From assembly GCA_964360125.1 (NCBI GenBank), contig CAYHXK010000001.1, positions 5,921 through 37,313 on the forward strand: a DNA stretch of 31,393 nt, given 5' to 3'. The stretch comes from an uncultured Sterolibacterium sp. (GTDB lineage: Bacteria; Pseudomonadota; Gammaproteobacteria; Burkholderiales; Rhodocyclaceae). The first letter of the stretch is position 1; each line of letters starts with the position of its first letter. The notes beneath the pieces are model-generated. The model ran no database searches. It had not been told where the DNA came from and saw only the letters and a list, made by a program, of their open reading frames with translations. Shown here piece by piece: positions 26,038-31,393 of the stretch. The translations under genes and the position numbers were made by a program.

Positions 26038-27294
26038 TCACTCTTCTTCCTTGCGTCCGGAACGCAAGCCCAGATCCTTGAGTTTACGGTACAGATGAGT
26101 GCGTTCAAGACCGGTCTTTTCCGCCAGACGCGTCATATTGCCGCCGTCGAGCCGCAGATGATGTTCGAAATAAAAGCGTTCGAAGGCTTCGCGGGCCTCG
26201 CGCAATGGCAGCCCCATGACATCGGGTGGCAAGGCGGCCGGGGCGACGTTGGCGGCGCCCGCCGGCGCCAGCAGGAAGGTCACATCCTCGGCAAGGATTT
26301 CCTCATTCAAGGCGGCTAGCGCCAGCGATTTAACCGCGCTCCTCAGCTCTCCATAACCGCCCGGCCAGTCATGTTGACGCAAGGCATTGAGCGCCGAAAT
26401 GGAAAATCGCCGCGCCGGCGCCTCGCCTGATTCGATCATTTGCGTGAGCAGATGGCCGGCGATCTCGGGAACCTCGTCACGCAGTTCGGACAGCGCCGGC
26501 ACCCCCAGCCAGACATCCGACAAGCGCGCCAACAGGGCTTCCTCCCAGCCCTGACCGAGCAGACTTGCATGATCGAGGGAAGTGGCGACGATCAGGCGCA
26601 AGCCGAATTTCTCCAGCCGTTCCAGGGCAAACTGCAAATTCTTCTGCTGTATCCGTGACAGCCAGCCCAGTTCCTCGGCGTACAGGACGCCGCCGTTTGC
26701 CGCCTGCAAGACCTCCAGGGTCAGCGGGGTGCTATCCTGGGCGAGGTCGAACCAGACCTTGCCCGGCGCATGCAGGGTCCGTGCCGTCAGCTCGACGATG
26801 CCGCCCTTGGCCGACTTGAGCATTAACAAGCGGCTTTTCTCGGCGACCCGCTCGAGACGCTTCTTGAGATCCCGCAGCGGCGCCGAGCGTGGGAAAGCCG
26901 CCAGCGACAAGCCGCCGATCGCCGGCACCGACGCCTTGGCGAGCGCACGCTTGACCGAAGCCAGCAGCTTTTGCAAGGCGATCGGCTTCTCGAGGAAGTC
27001 GAGAGCGCCGATGCGGGTCGCCTCTACCGCGCTATCGATGGTTCCGTGGCCGGACATCATGATCACCGGCATGGTCAGCTGGCCGCCCCCGGCCCACTCC
27101 TTGAGCAGGGTAATGCCGTCGGTGTCGGGCATCCAGATATCCAGCAATACCAGGTCGGGCCGCATCGCATCCCGCGCCAGGCGCGCCGTAGCGGCATTTT
27201 CAGCGAGCCGCACATCGTGGCCCTCATCGGAAAGAATTTCCGAGAGTAGCTCGCGAATTCCCATTTCATCATCGACTACGAGTATTTGCGCCAT
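26038..27294 (-). CDS. ntrX: NtrX-like response regulator (REC + degenerate AAA+ + Fis HTH)
   Basis: 'ILVVDDE', 'LLDIWMPD.DG', 'MSGHGTI..AV.AT' and 'LREAREAFER.YF...TGLERTHLYRKL'; directly downstream of ntrY. Confidence 0.85.
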   Translation of the reverse strand: MAQILVVDDEMGIRELLSEILSDEGHDVRLAENAATARLARDAMRPDLVLLDIWMPDTDGITLLKEWAGGGQLTMPVIMMSGHGTIDSAVEATRIGALDFLEKPIALQKLLASVKRALAKASVPAIGGLSLAAFPRSAPLRDLKKRLERVAEKSRLLMLKSAKGGIVELTARTLHAPGKVWFDLAQDSTPLTLEVLQAANGGVLYAEELGWLSRIQQKNLQFALERLEKFGLRLIVATSLDHASLLGQGWEEALLARLSDVWLGVPALSELRDEVPEIAGHLLTQMIESGEAPARRFSISALNALRQHDWPGGYGELRSAVKSLALAALNEEILAEDVTFLLAPAGAANVAPAALPPDVMGLPLREAREAFERFYFEHHLRLDGGNMTRLAEKTGLERTHLYRKLKDLGLRSGRKEEE

Positions 27295-27311
27295 AGGTCC
27301 AATTCATTCAA

Positions 27312-29477
27312 TCATGCTGCCAGCGGCAGTCTAATGGTTACTTCCGCGCCGAGCGGTTTGCGGTTGGCGATACTGATTTCGCCACGGTGATCGTCCACGA
27401 TTTTCTTGACGATGGCCAAGCCCAATCCGGTTCCCTTGGCCTTGGTGGTGACATAAGGCTCGAAGGCGTTTGCCAGGATACGCGCCGGAAAACCACTGCC
27501 ATTGTCGCTGACTGCAAGCAGCGCACTACTGTCCTCGAAGCGCGTGACAATCCGGATTTCCGGCCCGGCCGTGCCGCCACCTGGAACATTTCCCCCGTCC
27601 GCGGCGGCATCCTCCGCAGCCTCCTCGGCATTGGTCAGCAGATTGTGGATCACCTGCCGCAGTTGCGTCGGGTCTCCCGCTACTAGTGGCAATTGTGGCG
27701 CCAATGCAGTGACGATCCTGACGCTGGAGGTTGCGTAGAGCTCCAGCACTTCCAACACCAGTGCATTCAGGTCGATGGGCTGCAACTGCGCCGGCGGCGT
27801 GCGGGCGTAGTCACGGAAATCGTTGACCATGTTTTTCATCGCCTCAACCTGATTGACGATGGTCTGGGTCGAACGATCCAGCATCTCCTGGGAGTCCGCA
27901 TCGAGCTTGCCGGCAAGCTTTTGCTGGAGCCGCTCGGCGGAGAGCTGGATCGGTGTCAAAGGATTTTTGATCTCATGCGCCAGCCGCCGCGCCACTTCGC
28001 CCCACGCGGCAGTGCGCTGCGCGGCGATGAGATGGGTAATGTCGTCGAACACCACCACATAACCGCCGCCGCCGGTTGCGGGCAGGGTCGATCCCCGCAA
28101 CAACAGCATTTGCGGGACGCCGTCGTCACGCTCAAGATCAAGCTGACGTTGCCACTCCTTGGCTTTCCCGCCCTGTCCGCCAGTTCCGGCAAACCCCTCG
28201 CGGATCGCCTGTTTCAGCGCCAAATGCCCCTGCCAGTCAGCCAGCGGCTGACCCTCCAAGGCATCAATGGCGTCGTCGAGGATGGCGCTGGCGCCGCGAT
28301 TGCAGGCGCGCAGCACGAAATCCCGGTCAAAGGCCAGCACCCCGGCGGAAAGGTTGGCCAGCACGCTTTCCAGATAGGCGCGCGCCGCTTCGACTTCACC
28401 GCGATGCCGTTCGGTCTGTTGTCGAGCATCGTCCAGCTGGCGCGTCATCCGGTTGAAAGACTGGATCAGCACACCCAACTCGTCATCGGTTTCCAGTGCC
28501 GCGCGCGGAGTGAAGTCGCCAGCCGCCACCGCCTGTGTACCCTCGGCCAGAATCAATAGCGGCGCGGCCAGGCGCTTGGCCAGGAAAAAAGCCAGGGCGA
28601 TCGCGGCGAACAACGCCAGCAGCAGGGTCAGGGTCAGGGTCAGGGTGTAGATGCGTTTCAAGCCTTGGCGGCCCAGCGACAGTTCCTGATAGTCGCGGTA
28701 AGCCGCTTCGACGCTGGCGGCGCTCCTGGCGATGGCCGGAGGCACCGGCTGGGTCAGTTGCAGTAGGCGCGGTTCCATCGACAGCGCGCTACCGGTCACC
28801 GGCGCCAGCACCCGCAGGGTCAGGCCGGTGGTGGCATCGCCTTCCACCAGCGACAGGCCGCGCCCCTGGCGCCCCTGGCGGAGTTGCGCGGTACTCGGCA
28901 GATCGGGCAGGAGCTTTTCCGAATCGCTCGAACTGCTCGCCAGCACCTGGCCTGCTGCAGTGAACAAGGTCGCCGTTTGCACGCCGGCTTGTTCCCGCAA
29001 GCGGTTTATCTGCGTCGCTCGCAAAATATTGGCATCGCCGGCATCGCCCAGATCGAGCGCCATGCCCCGCGCCTTTTCAGTGAGATCGGCGAGTTGGCTG
29101 TCGAGCACGTTGCGCCCGAGATCCAGTCCGCCTTCCAGGGCGCTATCGACGCGCACGTCAAACCACGACTCAATGCTGTTGATCGCGAATTGCAGGGAAA
29201 CGACATATACCAATGCGCCCGGCAGCACCGCCATCAGCGCCAGCATCAGCAACAACCGCGATTTCAGGTGCGAGCCGAAAACACCCCGTCGGTACTCTCG
29301 CCACAAGGTATGCAATTGCACTATCACCAACACCAGCAAGGCCACCACGACGACGGCATTGAGGCCCAGCAGCAATGGATAGTTGCGCCCGAACAAGGCC
29401 GTGTTGGCACTCGCCGAAGCCAGCAGGAATAGCAGGATCGCGCCGATTGCGGCGACTATGATGAGCAGCACTCTCAT
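27312..29477 (-). CDS. ntrY: NtrY-like sensor histidine kinase (TM, HAMP, PAS, HisKA, HATPase)
   Basis: 'AW.EVARRLAHEIKNPLTPIQLSAERL', 'N.L.NA', 'DNGSGF' and 'EPYVTTKAKGTGLGL'. Confidence 0.9.
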   Translation of the reverse strand: MRVLLIIVAAIGAILLFLLASASANTALFGRNYPLLLGLNAVVVVALLVLVIVQLHTLWREYRRGVFGSHLKSRLLLMLALMAVLPGALVYVVSLQFAINSIESWFDVRVDSALEGGLDLGRNVLDSQLADLTEKARGMALDLGDAGDANILRATQINRLREQAGVQTATLFTAAGQVLASSSSDSEKLLPDLPSTAQLRQGRQGRGLSLVEGDATTGLTLRVLAPVTGSALSMEPRLLQLTQPVPPAIARSAASVEAAYRDYQELSLGRQGLKRIYTLTLTLTLLLALFAAIALAFFLAKRLAAPLLILAEGTQAVAAGDFTPRAALETDDELGVLIQSFNRMTRQLDDARQQTERHRGEVEAARAYLESVLANLSAGVLAFDRDFVLRACNRGASAILDDAIDALEGQPLADWQGHLALKQAIREGFAGTGGQGGKAKEWQRQLDLERDDGVPQMLLLRGSTLPATGGGGYVVVFDDITHLIAAQRTAAWGEVARRLAHEIKNPLTPIQLSAERLQQKLAGKLDADSQEMLDRSTQTIVNQVEAMKNMVNDFRDYARTPPAQLQPIDLNALVLEVLELYATSSVRIVTALAPQLPLVAGDPTQLRQVIHNLLTNAEEAAEDAAADGGNVPGGGTAGPEIRIVTRFEDSSALLAVSDNGSGFPARILANAFEPYVTTKAKGTGLGLAIVKKIVDDHRGEISIANRKPLGAEVTIRLPLAA

Positions 29478-30106
29478 TTGGGTTCGCGCTCCCCTGCTGC
29501 GGCTGGGGCCGTGGCGGATTCCGCTGTGGGCGTGAATTGCCAGCGCAGCACTTTCGCTTCAACCTGCCAATCCTTGTTGGCGATGGCATCGACCTGGAGC
29601 GGTTTGGGAAGCTGTTGGCGATCCAAAGCCAAACGCAATGCCACCTGGTAGGTTTCGCCGATTTTCAGCGCACCCTTGTCGGCGACCGGGAGTTCGGCAA
29701 TCCGTCCCATGACATGCAAAGCCTCCGCCAGCGAAGAAAAGTTCAAGTGCAGCGCACCGCCCCGGGAAAGACGATATTGGCGCGTCAGTGGAATATAGGC
29801 GAGACGGTAATTCAGCGTGCGGCCGGCAATGTGTTCGCCAGGCCAGTACCAGCGGTTACGGGTAATTTCCAACTCGAGTATGAAATACAGCGGCACGCCG
29901 TGTGAAACGGCCTCCTCGAGACGACTGCCGAGATCGATGTTGAATTCCGCTGAAACCAGATAAGCGTTTTCTCCAGCCGTCAGCTTCGCCGTGGTTGGCT
30001 CGATCGTGCCGGCCCAAGCCGCCCCAGGCATTCCTGAGAGACACAACGCGCCCGTCAGAACGACAGCGCAGAGCAGCCTCCGCATTGGTTCAAGAACCTG
30101 CCTCAT
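29474..30106 (-). CDS. DUF4390 domain-containing protein
   Basis: Signal peptide; 'LEEAVSHGVPLYF', 'YRLAY.PLTRQYR' and 'QLPKPLQV.A'; sits between rsmB and ntrY as in the conserved betaproteobacterial operon. Start is uncertain (30106 or 30085). Confidence 0.8.
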   Translation of the reverse strand: MRQVLEPMRRLLCAVVLTGALCLSGMPGAAWAGTIEPTTAKLTAGENAYLVSAEFNIDLGSRLEEAVSHGVPLYFILELEITRNRWYWPGEHIAGRTLNYRLAYIPLTRQYRLSRGGALHLNFSSLAEALHVMGRIAELPVADKGALKIGETYQVALRLALDRQQLPKPLQVDAIANKDWQVEAKVLRWQFTPTAESATAPAAAGEREPK

Positions 30107-30166
30107 GAAATCGCAGGCGACTCTATGCGCCAGGCTCTTGGGCGTGTTCTCGATTGAAAGCACGCT

Positions 30167-31393
30167 TTAAGCACGTTTCTGCAATAAAGCATAAAAAAAA
30201 CCATCATGTTCCGCTTGCGGCAACAGTTGCCAAGGCTGCCGTGCTGACGCCACTCCTCCGCGCTCGTCTCCGCCATCCACGGGTAGACGCAACGCATCGG
30301 CGTGACGGGAGCTAAAAAAACCGACTTGCATAGCGTTTTCCTGAGGAAACAGCGAGCACGTGCAATAGAGCATTTTGCCACCGGGGGCGAGCACTTGCCA
30401 CAGGGCATCGATAATTTCAGCCTGATTGCGGGCAAAACCGGCAATATCCGCTTCCCGCCGCAACCATTTTCCGTCTGGATGACGGCGTACTACACCCGAA
30501 GCCGAGCACGGCACGTCAGCGATGATACGCTCGAACGGACGACCGTCCCACCAGGACTCCAACACTCGGCAATCGGCGGCTTTGACTTGCGCTTGCAGGC
30601 CAAGACGTTGAAGATTTTCGTTAACCCGTGCGATCCTGGCCGGCTCGGCATCGAGCGCCAGCAGATCGACAGCGGCGAGTTCCAGCAGGTGCGTGGCTTT
30701 GCCGCCGGGCGCGGCACAGGCATCCAGGACGCGCATGCCGTCCTGCGCCTCGAGCAGGGGCGCCGCGCGTTGGGCGCCCCAGTCCTGCACCGATACCAGC
30801 CCGTCAACAAAGCCCGGTAATTTATCCACCGCCTGGGGCCGCTCCAGCAGGATGGCCGATTCCCGCTCTGCCAACAGGCGCGCGCCAATTCCGACTGCAG
30901 CCAGCTGGGCGAGATAGGCCTCGGCGCCGATGCGGCGCCGATTCACGCGCAGGGTCATCGGCGGATGGGTATTGTCGGCGGCCAGGATGCTTTCCCATTG
31001 TTCAGGATAGGCAGCGCGGATTCTGTCGATCCACCAGAGCGGATGTTGATGGAGCGCCACCGGATCGGCGTTGGCGGCAGCCAGCAACTCGGCTTCCCGG
31101 CGCAACCGGTTACGCAGAACGGCATTGGCCAGCGCCTTGAACCGCCCCTGATCGATGCCGGCAGTCGCATTGACGGCTTGATCCACGATGGTATGGGCAT
31201 CGGCCGGGCGGGTTTCGAGCCGATACAGCGCGGTCAGCAGCAGGGCGCGCAACAGCGTTTTGCCGGGTTTGTCCTCGCCCTCCTGCAGCGGCGAGCGCAA
31301 TAGGTGCGCCAAAATGAAATCCCCGCGGCCATACTGACGCAGGGTGCCGTAAGCCAGATCCTGCACGGCGCCGCGCTGTGACGGCGAAAGCTC
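30167..31393 (-). CDS. rsmB: 16S rRNA m5C967 methyltransferase (5' partial)
   Basis: 'VQDWGAQ', 'VLDACAAPGGKATH', 'ADVPCSASGVVRRHPD', 'YCTCS' and 'HDGFFYA'; the frame is open to the window edge. Confidence 0.95.
   Translation of the reverse strand, partial: ELSPSQRGAVQDLAYGTLRQYGRGDFILAHLLRSPLQEGEDKPGKTLLRALLLTALYRLETRPADAHTIVDQAVNATAGIDQGRFKALANAVLRNRLRREAELLAAANADPVALHQHPLWWIDRIRAAYPEQWESILAADNTHPPMTLRVNRRRIGAEAYLAQLAAVGIGARLLAERESAILLERPQAVDKLPGFVDGLVSVQDWGAQRAAPLLEAQDGMRVLDACAAPGGKATHLLELAAVDLLALDAEPARIARVNENLQRLGLQAQVKAADCRVLESWWDGRPFERIIADVPCSASGVVRRHPDGKWLRREADIAGFARNQAEIIDALWQVLAPGGKMLYCTCSLFPQENAMQVGFFSSRHADALRLPVDGGDERGGVASARQPWQLLPQAEHDGFFYALLQKRA

Noticed and set aside
24202-26319. 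705-aa plus-strand ORF and other long antisense ORFs (e.g. 23017-24183, 1722-2510, 20249-21232)
   Set aside because: These are shadows of well-supported genes in GC-rich DNA and carry no family motifs.
28623-28646. (CAGGGT)x4 repeat in ntrY
   Set aside because: It encodes the TLTLTL of a transmembrane helix; ordinary coding low complexity.
30103-30210. Frameshift joining an rsmB-overlapping start (MMVFF...) to DUF4390
   Set aside because: That frame stops at 30103, DUF4390 has its own signal-peptide start, and there is no evidence of slippage.

Overview
31.4 kb of a GC-rich betaproteobacterial chromosome; the gene set and order suggest Rhodocyclales/Nitrosomonadales (inference). Left end (minus strand): a respiratory operon encoding a dihaem c5, a hexahaem cytochrome, a Tat 4Fe-4S protein and an NrfD-type membrane protein. 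It has no catalytic subunit, lies downstream of a perfect FNR box, and is followed by a partial AraC regulator missed by the ORF track. Next come a two-component flavin monooxygenase pair, purT, a single-Cys TusE/DsrC gene whose sigma70 promoter is overlapped by an IscR-type-1 palindrome, mutY, a NusG-II/Gx-transporter pair, rapZ, tRNA-Arg(CCG), an MBL hydrolase, a 27-bp inverted-repeat element, asmA, a ROK kinase and an MFS transporter. An accessory patch at ~15.56-19.5 kb holds a DUF433-PIN toxin-antitoxin pair bracketed by degenerate repeats, a long G-U-containing hairpin, a low-GC 297-aa PIN-like orphan, a pRiA4b ORF3 gene and a Uma2 gene. The right part is the conserved rsmB-DUF4390-ntrY-ntrX-trkA-trkH-hemE-priA backbone. 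The hemE-priA gap holds DnaA boxes, an IHF consensus and an AT-rich tract (oriC- or datA-like). All calls come from motif recognition by eye; no searches were run.
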